A stretch of 64,000 bases of DNA from Eledone cirrhosa (Eukaryota), in the NCBI GenBank assembly GCA_964016885.1, contig OZ024741.1:247256001-247320000 (forward strand), in the 5' to 3' direction. The notes below the pieces were generated by a model. That model saw nothing but the letters and a program-made list of their open reading frames with translations. It was not told where the DNA came from and made no database searches. Positions 41,501-56,000 of this stretch are shown piece by piece; position 1 is the stretch's first letter, and each line of letters starts with the position of its first letter. The position numbers were made by a program, and so were the translations under genes.

Positions 41501-42299
41501 TCCCCTTGATTTTTTTTACAAATTATCTCCCCCTGATTTTTTTTTACAAATTATCTCCCCCTGATTTTTTTTACAACTTATCTGCGCCTGATTTTTTTTT
41601 TAAAATTATCTCCCCTTGGACGGCTGGAAATTATCTCCCCTTGGACGGCTGGAAATTATCTCTCCTTGGACGGCTAGAATTTACCTCTCCTTGGACGGCT
41701 GAAAATTATCTCCCCTTGGACGGCTGGAAATTATCTCCCCTTGATTTTTTTTACAAATTATCTCCCCCTGATTTTTTTTTACAAATTATCTCCCCCTGAT
41801 TTTTTTTTACAAATTATCTCCCCCTGATTTTTTTTTACAAATTATCTACCCCTGATTTTTTTTTACAAATTATCTCCCCTTGGCTGGCTGGAAATTATCT
41901 CCCCTTGGAGGCTGGAACTTATCTCCCCTTGGACGGCTAGAAATTACCTCTCCTTGGACGGCTGGAAAATATGTCTCCTTGGACGGCTGGATATTATCTC
42001 CCCTTGGACGGCTGGAAATTATCTCCCCTTGGACGGCTGAAAATTATCTCCCCTTGATTTTTTTTACAAATTATCTCCCCCTGATTTTTTTTTACAAATT
42101 ATCTCCCCCTGATTTTTGTTTACAAATTATCTCCGCCTGATTTTTTAAAAAAATTATCTCCCCTTGGACGGCTGGAAATTATCTCCCCTTGGACGGATAG
42201 AAATTACCTCTCCTTGGACGGCTGGAAATTATCTCCCCTTGATTTTTTTACAAATTATCTCCCCCTGATTTTTTTTTTACAAATTATCTCCCCCTGATT

Positions 42300-45200
42300 T
42301 TTTTTTACAAATTATCTACCCCTGATTTTTTTTTACAAATTATCTCCCCCTGATTTTTTTTACAAATTATCTCCCCCTGATTTTTTTTTACAAATTATCT
42401 CCCCCTGATTTTTTTACAAATTATCTCCCCCTGATTTTTTTTACAAATTATCTCCGCCTGATTTTTTTAAATATTATCTCTCCTTGGCTGGCGGGAAATT
42501 ATCTCCCCTTGGACGGCTGGAAATTATCTCCCCTTGGAAGGATGGAAATTATCTCCCCTTGGACGGCTGGAAATTATCTACCCCTGATTTTTTTTACAAA
42601 TTATCTCCCCCTGATTTTTTTTACAAATTATCTCCCCCTGATTTTTTTTACAAATTATCTACCCCTGATTTTTTTTACAAATTATCTCCCCCTGATTTTT
42701 TTTACAAATTATCTCCCCCTGATTTTTTTTTTACAAATTATCTCACCCTGATTTTTTTACAAATTATCTCCCCCTGATTTTTTTTACAAATTATCTCCGC
42801 CTGATTTTTTTAAATATTATCTTCCCTTGGCTGGCGGGAAATTATCTCCCCTTGAAGGGCTGAAAATTATCTCCCCTTGGACGGCTGGAAATTATCTCCC
42901 CTTGATTTTTTTTACAAATTATCTCCCCCTGATTTTTTTTTACAAATTATCTCCCCCTGATTTTTTTTACAAATTATCTCCCCCTGATTTTTTTTTACAA
43001 ATTATCTGCCGCTGATTTTTTTTACAAATTATCTCCCCCTGATTTTTTTACAAATTATCTCCCCTTGGCTGGCTGGAAATTACCTCCCCTTGGAGGCTGG
43101 AATTTATCTCCCCTTGGACGGCTAGAAATTACCTCTCCTTGGACGGCTGGAAAATATGTCTCCTTGGAAGGCTGGATATTATCTCCCCTTGGACGGCTGG
43201 AAATTATCTCCCCTTGGACGGCTGGAAATTATCTCCCCTTGGACGGATAGATATTACCTCCCCTTGGACGGCTGGAAATTATCTCCCCTTGGACGGCTGG
43301 AAATTATCTCCCCATGGACGGCTGGAAATTATCTCCCCTTGGACGGCTAGAAATTATCTCTCCTTGGACGGCTGAAAATTATCTCCCCTTGGACGGCTGG
43401 AAATTATCTCCCGTTGGACGGCTGGAAATTATCTCGCCTTGGACGGCTAGAATTTACCTCTCCTTGGACGGCTGAAAATTATCTCCCCTTGGACGGCTGG
43501 AAATTATCTCCCCTTGATTTTTTTTACAAATTATCTCCCCCTGATTTTTTTTTACAAATTATCTCCCCCTGATTTTTTTTTACAAATTATCTCCCCCTGA
43601 TTTTTTTTTACAAATTATCTCCCCCTGATTTTTTTTACAAATTATCTCCCCCCTGATTTTTTAACAAATTATCTCCCCTTGGCTGGCTGGAAATTATCTC
43701 CCCTTGGAGGCTGGAACTTATCTCCCCTTGGACGGCTAGAAATTACCTCTCCTTGGACGGCTGGAAAATATGTCTCCTTGGACGGCTGGATATTATCTCC
43801 CCTTGGACGGCTGGAAATTATCTCCCCTTGGACGGCTGGAAATTATCTCCCCTTGGATGGCTAGATATTACCTCCCCTTGGACGGCTGGAAATTATCTCC
43901 CTTTGATTTTTTTTACAAATTATCTCCCCCTGATTTTTTTTTACAAATTATCTCCCCCTGATTTTTTTTACAAATTATCTACCCCTGATTTTTTTTTACA
44001 AATTATCTCCCCCTGATTTTTTTACAAATTATCTCCCCCTGATTTTTTTTTACAAATTATCTCCCCCTGATTTTTTTACAAATTATCTCCCCCTGATTTT
44101 TTTTACAAATTATCTCCGCCTGATTTTTTTAAATATTATCTCTCCTTGGCTGGCGGGAAATTATCTCCCCTTGGACGGCTGGAAATTATCTCCCCTTGGA
44201 AGGATGGAAATTATCTCCCCTTGGACGGCTGGAAATTATCTACCCCTGATTTTTTTTACAAATTATCTCCCCCTGATTTTTTTTACAAATTATCTCCCCC
44301 TGATTTTTTTTACAAATTATCTACCCCTGATTTTTTTTACAAATTATCTCCCCCTGATTTTTTTTACAAATTATCTCCCCCTGATTTTTTTTTTACAAAT
44401 TATCTCACCCTGATTTTTTTACAAATTATCTCCCCCTGATTTTTTTTACAAATTATCTCCGCCTGATTTTTTTAAATATTATCTTCCCTTGGCTGGCGAG
44501 AAATTATCTCCCCTTGAAGGGCTGAAAATTATCTCCCCTTGGACGGCTGGAAATTATCTCCCCTTGAATTTTTTTAAAAATTATCTCCCCCTGATTTTTT
44601 TTTACAAATTATCTCCCCCTGATTTTTTTTACAAATTATCTCCCCCTGATTTTTTTTTACAAATTATCTGCCGCTGATTTTTTTTACAAATTATCTCCCC
44701 CTGATTTTTTTACAAATTATCTCCCCTTGGCTGGCTGGAAATTACCTCCCCTTGGAGGCTGGAATTTATCTCCCCTTGGACGGCTAGAAATTACCTCTCC
44801 TTGGACGGCTGGAAAATATGTCTCCTTGGACGGCTGGATATTATCTCCCCTTGGACGGCTGGAAATTATCTCCCCTTGGACGGCTGGAAATTATCTCCCC
44901 TTGGACGGATAGATATTACCTCCCCTTGGACGGCTGGAAATTATCTCCCCTTGGACGGCTGGAAATTATCTCCCCATGGACGGCTGGAAATTATCTCCCC
45001 TTGGACGGCTAGAAATTATCTCTCCTTGGACGGCTGAAAATTATCTCCCCTTGGACGGCTGGAAATTATCTCCCGTTGGACGGCTGGAAATTATCTCGCC
45101 TTGGACGGCTAGAATTTACCTCTCCTTGGACGGCTGAAAATTATCTCCCCTTGGACGGCTGGAAATTATCTCCCCTTGATTTTTTTTACAAATTATCTCC

Positions 45201-45620
45201 CCCTGATTTTTTTTTACAAATTATCTCCCCCTGATTTTTTTTTAGAAATTATCTCCCCCTGATTTTTTTTTACAAATTATCTCCCCCTGATTTTTTTTAC
45301 AAATTATCTCCCCCCTGATTTTTTAACAAATTATCTCCCCTTGGCTGGCTGGAAATTATCTCCCCTTGGAGGCTGGAACTTATCTCCCCTTGGACGGCTA
45401 GAAATTACCTCTCCTTGGACGGCTGGAAAATATGTCTCCTTGGACGGCTGGATATTATCTCCCCTTGGACGGCTGGAAATTATCTCCCCTTGGACGGCTG
45501 GAAATTATCTCCCCTTGGATGGCTAGATATTACCTCCCCTTGGACGGCTGGAAATTATCTCCCTTTGATTTTTTTTACAAATTATCTCCCCCTGATTTTT
45601 TTTTACAAATTATCTCCCCC
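42300..45620. repeat. Tandem duplication of a ~1662-bp unit
   Basis: ORF pairs 42484/44146, 42827/44489, 43065/44727 and 43679/45341 all differ by 1662. Confidence 0.9.
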
Positions 45621-48600
45621 TGATTTTTGTTTACAAATTATCTCCGCCTGATTTTTTTTTAAAAATTATCTCCCCTTGGACGGCTGGAAATTATCTCCCC
45701 TTGGACGGCTAGAAATTACCTCTCCTTGGACGGCTGAAAATTATCTCCCCTTGGACGGCTGGAAATTATCTCCCCTTGATTTTTTTACAAATTATCTCCC
45801 CCTGATTTTTTTTTTACAAATTATCTCCCCCTGATTTTTTTTTACAAATTATCTACCCCTGATTTTTTTTTACAAATTATCTCCCCCTGATTTTTTTTAC
45901 AAATTATCTCCCCCTGATTTTTTTTTACAAATTATCTCCCCCTGATTTTTTTACAAATTATCTCCCCCTGATTTTTTTTACAAATTATCTCCGCCTGATT
46001 TTTTTAAATATTATCTCTCCTTGGCTGGCGGGAAATTATCTCCCCTTGGACGGCTGGAAATTATCTCCCCTTGGAAGGATGGAAATTATCTCCCCTTGGA
46101 CGGCTAGAAATTATCTCTCTTTGGACGGCTGGAAATTATCACCCCTTGAGTTTTTTACAAATTATCTCCCCCTGATTTTTTTTACAAATCTCCCAGTGAT
46201 TTTTAAAAAAAAATTATCTCCCCTTCGCTGGCTGGAAATTATCTCCCCTTGGACGCTGGAAATTATAGCCCCTTGGAGGGCTTGAAATTATCTTCCCTTG
46301 GACGGCTGGAAATTATCTCCCCTTGATTTTTTTTACAAATTATCTCCCCCTGATTTTTTTTTACAAATTATCTCCCCCTGATTTTTTTTTACAACTTATC
46401 TGCGCCTGATTTTTTTAAAAAAATTATCTCCCCTTGGACGGCTGGAAATTATCTCCCCTTGGACGGCTGGAAATTATCTCTCCTTGGACGGCTAGAATTT
46501 ACCTCTCCTTGGACGGCTGAAAATTATCTCCCCTTGGACGGCTGGAAATTATCTCCCCTTGATTTTTTTTACAAATTATCTCCCCCGGATTTTTTTTTAC
46601 GAATTATCTCCCCCTGATTTTTTTTTACAAATTATCTCCCCCTGATTTTTTTTTACAAATTATCTCCCCCTGATTTTTTTACAAATTATCTCCCCTTGGC
46701 TGGCTGGAAATTATCTCCCCTAGGAGGCTGGAACTTATCTCCCCTTGGACGGCTAGAAATTACCTCTCTTTGGACGGCTGGAAAATATGTCTCCTTGGAC
46801 GGCTGGATATTATCTCCCCTTGGACGGCTGGAAATTATCTCCCCTTGGACGGCTGGAAATTATCTCCCCTTGGATGGCTAGATATTACCTCCCCTTGGAC
46901 GGCTGGAAATTATCTCCCTTTGATTTTTTTTACAAATTATCTCCCCCTGATTTTTTTTTACAAATTATCTCCCCCTGATTTTTTTTACAAATTATCTACC
47001 CCTGATTTTTTTTTACAAATTATCTCCCCCTGATTTTTTTTACAAATTATCTCCCCCTGATTTTTTTTTACAAATTATCTCCCCCTGATTTTTTTACAAA
47101 TTATCTCCCCCTGATTTTTTTTACAAATTATCTCCGCCTGATTTTTTTAAATATTATCTCTCCTTGGCTGGCGGGAAATTATCTCCCCTTGGACGGCTGG
47201 AAATTATCTCCCCTTGGAAGGATGGAAATTATCTCCCCTTGGACGGCTGGAAATTATCTACCCCTGATTTTTTTTACAAATTATCTCCCCCTGATTTTTT
47301 TTACAAATTATCTCCCCCTGATTTTTTTTACAAATTATCTACCCCTGATTTTTCTTACAAATTATCTCCCCCTGATTTTTTTTACAAATTATCTCCCCCT
47401 GATTTTTTTTTTACAAATTATCTCACCCTGATTTTTTTACAAATTATCTCCCCCTGATTTTTTTTACAAATTATCTCCGCCTGATTTTTTTAAATATTAT
47501 CTTCCCTTGGCTGGCGAGAAATTATCTCCCCTTGAAGGGCTGAAAATTATCTCCCCTTGGACGGCTGGAAATTATCTCCCCTTGAATTTTTTTAAAAATT
47601 ATCTCCCCCTGATTTTTTTTTACAAATTATCTCCCCCTGATTTTTTTTACAAATTATCTCCCCCTGATTTTTTTTTACAAATTATCTGCCGCTGATTTTT
47701 TTTACAAATTATCTCCCCCTGATTTTTTTACAAATTATCTCCCCTTGGCTGGCTGGAAATTACCTCCCCTTGGAGGCTGGAATTTATCTCCCCTTGGACG
47801 GCTAGAAATTACCTCTCCTTGGACGGCTGGAAAATATGTCTCCTTGGACGGCTGGATATTATCTCCCCTTGGACGGCTGGAAATTATCTCCCCTTGGACG
47901 GCTGGAAATTATCTCCCCTTGGACGGATAGATATTACCTCCCCTTGGACGGCTGGAAATTATCTCCCCTTGGACGGCTGGAAATTATCTCCCCATGGACG
48001 GCTGGAAATTATCTCCCCTTGGACGGCTAGAAATTATCTCTCCTTGGACGGCTGAAAATTATCTCCCCTTGGACGGCTGGAAATTATCTCCCGTTGGACG
48101 GCTGGAAATTATCTCGCCTTGGACGGCTAGAATTTACCTCTCCTTGGACGGCTGAAAATTATCTCCCCTTGGACGGCTGGAAATTATCTCCCCTTGATTT
48201 TTTTTACAAATTATCTCCCCCTGATTTTTTTTTACAAATTATCTCCCCCTGATTTTTTTTTAGAAATTATCTCCCCCTGATTTTTTTTTACAAATTATCT
48301 CCCCCTGATTTTTTTTACAAATTATCTCCCCCCTGATTTTTTAACAAATTATCTCCCCTTGGCTGGCTGGAAATTATCTCCCCTTGGAGGCTGGAACTTA
48401 TCTCCCCTTGGACGGCTAGAAATTACCTCTCCTTGGACGGCTGGAAAATATGTCTCCTTGGACGGCTGGATATTATCTCCCCTTGGACGGCTGGAAATTA
48501 TCTCCCCTTGGACGGCTGGAAATTATCTCCCCTTGGATGGCTAGATATTACCTCCCCTTGGACGGCTGGAAATTATCTCCCTTTGATTTTTTTTACAAAT

Positions 48601-49810
48601 TATCTCCCCCTGATTTTTTTTTACAAATTATCTCCCCCTGATTTTTGTTTACAAATTATCTCCGCCTGATTTTTTTTTAAAAATTATCTCCCCTTGGACG
48701 GCTGGAAATTATCTCCCCTTGGACGGCTAGAAATTACCTCTCCTTGGACGGCTGAAAATTATCTCCCCTTGGACGGCTGGAAATTATCTCCCCTTGATTT
48801 TTTTACAAATTATCTCCCCCTGATTTTTTTTTTACAAATTATCTCCCCCTGATTTTTTTTTACAAATTATCTACCCCTGATTTTTTTTTACAAATTATCT
48901 CCCCCTGATTTTTTTTACAAATTATCTCCCCCTGATTTTTTTTTACAAATTATCTCCCCCTGATTTTTTTACAAATTATCTCCCCCTGATTTTTTTTACA
49001 AATTATCTCCGCCTGATTTTTTTAAATATTATCTCTCCTTGGCTGGCGGGAAATTATCTCCCCTTGGACGGCTGGAAATTATCTCCCCTTGGAAGGATGG
49101 AAATTATCTCCCCTTGGACGGCTAGAAATTATCTCTCTTTGGACGGCTGGAAATTATCACCCCTTGAGTTTTTTACAAATTATCTCCCCCTGATTTTTTT
49201 TACAAATCTCCCAGTGATTTTTAAAAAAAAATTATCTCCCCTTCGCTGGCTGGAAATTATCTCCCCTTGGACGCTGGAAATTATAGCCCCTTGGAGGGCT
49301 TGAAATTATCTTCCCTTGGACGGCTGGAAATTATCTCCCCTTGATTTTTTTTTACAAATTATCTCCCCCTGATTTTTTTTTACAAATTATCTCCCCCTGA
49401 TTTTTTTTTACAACTTATCTGCGCCTGATTTTTTTAAAAAAATTATCTCCCCTTGGACGGCTGGAAATTATCTCCCCTTGGACGGCTGGAAATTATCTCT
49501 CCTTGGACGGCTAGAATTTACCTCTCCTTGGACGGCTGAAAATTATCTCCCCTTGGACGGCTGGAAATTATCTCCCCTTGATTTTTTTTACAAATTATCT
49601 CCCCCGGATTTTTTTTTACGAATTATCTCCCCCTGATTTTTTTTTACAAATTATCTCCCCCTGATTTTTTTTTACAAATTATCTCCCCCTGATTTTTTTA
49701 CAAATTATCTCCCCTTGGCTGGCTGGAAATTATCTCCCCTAGGAGGCTGGAACTTATCTCCCCTTGGACGGCTAGAAATTACCTCTCTTTGGACGGCTGG
49801 AAAATATGTC
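43770..49810. repeat. Tandem duplication of a ~3018-bp unit
   Basis: ORF pairs 44146/47164, 44727/47745, 45341/48359 and 46046/49064 differ by 3018. Shared variants GGCGAGAAA, TTGAATTTTTTTAAAAA and TTTAGAAATT. Confidence 0.92.
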
Positions 49811-52626
49811 TCCTTGGACGGCTGGATATTATCTCCCCTTGGACGGCTGGAAATTATCTCCCCTTGGACGGCTGGAAATTATCTCCCCTTGGATGGCTAG
49901 ATATTACCTCCCTTTGGACGGCTGGAAATTATCTCCCCTTGATTTTTTTTACAAATTATCTCCCCCTGATTTTTTTTTACAAATTATCTCCCCCGATTTT
50001 TTTTTACAAATTATCTCCCCCTGATTTTTTTTTACAAATTATCTCCCCCTGATTTTTGTTTACAAATTATCTCCCCTTGGACGGCTGGAAATTATCTCCC
50101 CTTGGACGGCTAGAAATTACCTCTCCTTGGACGGCTGAAAATTATCCTCCCTTGGACGGCTGGAAATTATCTCCCCTTGATTTTTTTACAAATTATCTCC
50201 CCCTGATTTTTTTTTTACAAATTATCTCACCCTGATTTTTTTTACAAATTATCTACCCCTGATTTTTTTTTACAAATTATCTCCCCCTGATTTTTTTTAC
50301 AAATTATCTCCCACTGATTTTTTTTTTACAAATTATCTCCCCCTGATTTTTTTACAAATTATCTCCCCCTGATTTTTTTTACAAATTATATCCGCCTGAT
50401 TTTTTTAAATATTATCTCTCCTTGGCTGGCGGGAAATTATCTCCCCTTGGACGGCTGGAAATTATCTCCCCTTGGAAGGATGGAAATTATCTCCCCTTGG
50501 ACGGCTGGAAATTATCTACCCCTGATTTTTTTTACAAATTATCTCCCCCTGATTTTTTTTACAAATTATCTCCCCCTGATTTTTTTTTTACAAATTATCT
50601 CCCCCTGATTTTTTTACAAATTATCTCCCCCTGATTTTTTTTACAAATTATCTCCGCCTGATTTTTTAAAATATTATCTTACCTTGGCTGGCGGGAAATT
50701 ATCTCCCCTTGGACGGCTGAAAATTATCTCCCCTTGGACGGCTGGAAATTATCTCCCCTTGATTTTTTTTACAAATTATCTCCCCCTGATTTTTTTTTAC
50801 AAATTATCTCCCCCTGATTTTTTTTACAAATTATCTCCCCCCTGATTTTTTTACAAATTATCTCCCCTTGGCTGGCTGGAAATTATCTCCCCTTGGAGGC
50901 TGGAACTTATCTCCCCTTGGACGGCTAGAAATTACCTCTCCTTGGACGGCTGGAAAATATGTCTCCTTGGACGGCTGGATATTATCTCCCCTTGGACGGC
51001 TGGAAATTATCTCCCCTTGGACGGCTGGAAATTATTTCCCCTTGGATGGCTAGATATTACCTCCCCTTGGACGGCTGGAAATTATCTCCCTTTGATTTTT
51101 TTTACAAATTATCTCCCCCTGATTTTTTTTTACAAATTATCACCCCCTGATTTTTTTTTACAAATTATCTCCCCCTGATTTTTGTTTACAAATTATCTCC
51201 GCCTGATTTTTTTTAAAAAATTATCTCCCCTTGGACGGCTGGAAATTATCTCCCCTTGGACGGCTAGAAATTACCTCTCCTTGGACGGCTGAAAATTATC
51301 TCCCCTTGGACGGCTGGAAATTATCTCCCCTTGATTTTTTTACAAATTATCTCCCCCTGATTTTTTTTTTACAAATTATCTCCCCCTGATTTTTTTTTAC
51401 AAATTATCTACCCCTGATTTTTTTTTACAAATTATCTCCCCCTGATTTTTTTTACAAATTATCTCCCCCTGATTTTTTTTTACAAATTATCTCCCCCTGA
51501 TTTTTTTACAAATTATCTCCCCCTGATTTTTTTTACAAATTATCTCCGCCTGATTTTTTTAAATATTATCTCTCCTTGGCTGGCGGGAAATTATCTCCCC
51601 TTGGACGGCTGGAAATTATCTCCCCTTGGAAGGATGGAAATTATCTCCCCTTGGACGGCTAGAAATTATCTCTCTTTGGACGGCTGGAAATTATCACCCC
51701 TTGAGTTTTTTACAAATTATCTCCCCCTGATTTTTTTTACAAATCTCCCAGTGATTTTTTAAAAAAAATTATCTCCCCTTCGCTGGCTGGAAATTATCTC
51801 CCCTTGGACGCTGGAAATTATAGCACCTTGGAGGGCTGGAAATTATCTTCCCTTGGACGGCTGGAAATTATCTCCCCTTGATTTTTTTTACAAATTATCT
51901 CCCCCTGATTTTTTTTTACAAATTATCTCCCCCTGATTTTTTTTTACAACTTATCTGCGCCTGATTTTTTTAAAAAAATTATCTCCCCTTGGACGGCTGG
52001 AAATTATCTCCCCTTGGACGGCTGGAAATTATCTCTCCTTGGACGGCTAGAATTTACCTCTCCTTGGACGGCTGAAAATTATCTCCCCTTGGACGGCTGG
52101 AAATTATCTCCCCTTGATTTTTTTTACAAATTATCTCCCCCTGATTTTTTTTTACAAATTATCTCCCCCTGATTTTTTTTACAAATTATCTCCCCCTGAT
52201 TTTTTTTTACAAATTATCTCCCCCTGATTTTTTTTACAAATTATCTCCCCCTGATTTTCTTACAAATTATCTCCCCTTGGCTGGCTGGAAATTATCTCCC
52301 CTTGGAGGCTGGAACTTATGTCCCCTTGGACGGCTAGAAATTACCTCTCCTTGGACGGCTGGATGATATGTCTCCTTGGACGGCTGGATATTATCTCCCC
52401 TTGGACGGCTGGAAATTATCTCCCCTTGGACGGCTGGAAATTATCTCCCATTGGATGGCTAGATATTACCTCCCCTTGGACGGCTGGAAATTATCTCCCC
52501 TTGATTTTTTTTACAAATTATCTCCCCCTGATTTTTTTTACAAATTATCTCCCCCTGATTTTTTTTTACAAATTATCTCCCCCTGATTTTTGTTTACAAA
52601 TTATCTCCGCCTGATTTTTTTTAAAA

Positions 52627-53076
52627 AATTATCTCCCCTTGGACGGCTGGAAATTATCTCTCCTTGGACGGCTGAAAATTATCTCCCCTTGGACGGCTGG
52701 AAATTATCTCCCGTTGGACGGCTGGAAATTATCTCGCCTTGGACGGCTAGAATTTACCTCTCCTTGGACGGCTGAAAATTATCTCCCCTTGGACGGCTGG
52801 AAATTATCTCCCCTTGGACGGATAGATATTACCTCCCCTTGGACGGCTGGAAATTATCTCCCCTTGGACGGCTGGAAATTATCTCCCCATGGACGGCTGG
52901 AAATTATCTCCCCTTGGACGGCTAGAAATTATCTCTCCTTGGACGGCTGAAAATTATCTCCCCTTGGACGGCTGGAAATTATCTCCCGTTGGACGGCTGG
53001 AAATTATCTCGCCTTGGACGGCTAGAATTTACCTCTCCTTGGACGGCTGAAAATTATCTCCCCTTGGACGGCTGGA
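52627..53076. repeat. Rearranged 18-monomer type A run with an internal 275-bp-offset duplication
   Basis: The CCCGTTGG and CTCGCC markers occur twice (~52710 and ~52985). Monomers 2-7 match monomers 13-18. Confidence 0.88.
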
Positions 53077-56000
53077 AATTATCTCCCCTTGATTTTTTTT
53101 ACAAATTATCTCCCCCTGATTTTTTTTTACAAATTATCTCCCCCTGATTTTTTTTTACAAATTATCTCCCCCTGATTTTTTTTTACAAATTATCTCCCCC
53201 TGATTTTTTTTACAAATTATCTCCCCCCTGATTTTTTAACAAATTATCTCCCCTTGGCTGGCTGGAAATTATCTCCCCTTGGAGGCTGGAACTTATCTCC
53301 CCTTCGACGGCTAGAAATTACCTCTCCTTGGACGGCTGGAAAATATGTCTCCTTGGACGGCTGGATATTATCTCCCCTTGGACGGCTGGAAATTATCTCC
53401 CCTTGGACGGCTGGAAATTATCTCCCCTTGGATGGCTAGATATTACCTCCCCTTGGACGGCTGGAAATTATCTCCCTTTGATTTTTTTTACAAATTATCT
53501 CCCCCTGATTTTTTTTTACAAATTATCTCCCCCTGATTTTTTTTACAAATTATCTACCCCTGATTTTTTTTTACAAATTATCTCCCCCTGATTTTTTTTA
53601 CAAATTATCTCCCCCTGATTTTTTTTTACAAATTATCTCCCCCTGATTTTTTTACAAATTATCTCCCCCTGATTTTTTTTACAAATTATCTCCGCCTGAT
53701 TTTTTTAAATATTATCTCTCCTTGGCTGGCGGGAAATTATCTCCCCTTGGACGGCTGGAAATTATCTCCCCTTGGAAGGATGGAAATTATCTCCCCTTGG
53801 ACGGCTGGAAATTATCTACCCCTGATTTTTTTTACAAATTATCTCCCCCTGATTTTTTTTACAAATTATCTCCCCCTGATTTTTTTTACAAATTATCTAC
53901 CCCTGATTTTTTTTACAAATTATCTCCCCCTGATTTTTTTTACAAATTATCTCCCCCTGATTTTTTTTTTACAAATTATCTCACCCTGATTTTTTTACAA
54001 ATTATCTCCCCCTGATTTTTTTTACAAATTATCTCCGCCTGATTTTTTTAAATATTATCTTCCCTTGGCTGGCGAGAAATTATCTCCCCTTGAAGGGCTG
54101 AAAATTATCTCCCCTTGGACGGCTGGAAATTATCTCCCCTTGATTTTTTTTACAAATTATCTCCCCCTGATTTTTTTTTACAAATTATCTCCCCCTGATT
54201 TTTTTTACAAATTATCTCCCCCTGATTTTTTTTTACAAATTATCTCCCCCTGATTTTTTTTACAAATTATCTCCCCCTGATTTTCTTACAAATTATCTCC
54301 CCTTGGCTGGCTGGAAATTATCTCCCCTTGGAGGCTGGAACTTATGTCCCCTTGGACGGCTAGAAATTACCTCTCCTTGGACGGCTGGATGATATGTCTC
54401 CTTGGACGGCTGGATATTATCTCCCCTTGGACGGCTGGAAATTATCTCCCCTTGGACGGCTGGAAATTATCTCCCATTGGATGGCTAGATATTACCTCCC
54501 CTTGGACGGCTGGAAATTATCTCCCCTTGATTTTTTTTACAAATTATCTCCCCCTGATTTTTTTTACAAATTATCTCCCCCTGATTTTTTTTTACAAATT
54601 ATCTCCCCCTGATTTTTGTTTACAAATTATCTCCGCCTGATTTTTTTTAAAAAATTATCTCCCCTTGGACGGCTGGAAATTATCTCCCCCTGGACGGCTA
54701 GAAATTACCTCTCCTTGGACGGCTGAAAATTATCTCCCCTTGGACGGCTGGAAATTATCTCCCCTTGATTTTTTTACAAATTATCTCCCCCTGATTTTTT
54801 TTTTACAAATTATCTCCCCCTGATTTTTTTTTTACAAATTATCTCCCCCTGATTTTTTTACAAATTATCTCCCCCTAATTTTTTTTACAAATTATCTCCG
54901 CCTGATTTTTTTAAATATTATCTCTCCTTGGCTGGCGGGAAATTATCTCCCCTTGGACGGCTGGAAATTATCTCCCCTTGGAAGGATGGAAATTATCTCC
55001 CCTTGGACGGCTGGAAATTATCTACCCCTGATTTTTTTTACAAATTATCTCCCCCTGATTTTTTTTACAAATTATCTCCCCCTGATTTTTTTTTACAAAT
55101 TATCTACCCCTGATTTTTTTTACAAATTATCTCCCCCTGATTTTTTTTACAAATTATCTCCCCCTGATTTTTTTTTACAAATTATCTACCCCTGATTTTT
55201 TTTACAAATTATCTCCCCCTGATTTTTTTTTACAAATTATCTCCCCCTGATTTTTTTACAAATTATCTCCCCCTGATTTTTTTTACAATCTCCGCCTGAT
55301 TTTTTTAAAAATTATCTTCTCTTGGCTGGCTGGAAATTATCTCCCCTTGGACACTGGAAATTATAGCCACTTGGAGGGCTGGAAATTATCTTCCCTTGGA
55401 CGGCTGGAAATTATCTCCCCTTGATTTTTTTTACAAATTATCTCCGCCTGATTTTTTTTTACAAATTATCTCCCCCTGATTTTTTTTTACAAATTATCTA
55501 CCCCTGATTTTTTTTTACAAATTATCTCCCCCTGATTTTTTTTACAAATTATCTCCCCCTGATTTCTCTTTTACAAATTATCTCCCCCTGATTTTTTTAC
55601 AAATTATCTCCCCCTGATTTTTTTTACAAATTATCTCCGCCTGATTTTTTTAAATATTATCTTCCCTTGGCTGGCGGGAAATTATCTCCCCTTGGACGGC
55701 TGGAAATTATCTACCCTTGATTTTCTTTTTACAAATTATCTTCCACTGATTTTTTTTACAAATTATCTCCACCTGATTTTTTAAAAAATTATCTCCCCTT
55801 GGAAGGCTGGAAATTATCTCCCCTTGGCTGGAAATTATCTCCCCTTGGACGGCTAGAAATTATCTCTCTTTGGACGGCTGGAAATTATCACCCCTTGAGT
55901 TTTTTACAAATTATCTCCCCCTGATTTTTTTACAAATTATCTCCCCCTGATTTTTTTTACAAATTATCTCCGCCTGATTTTTTTAAATATTATCTTCCCT

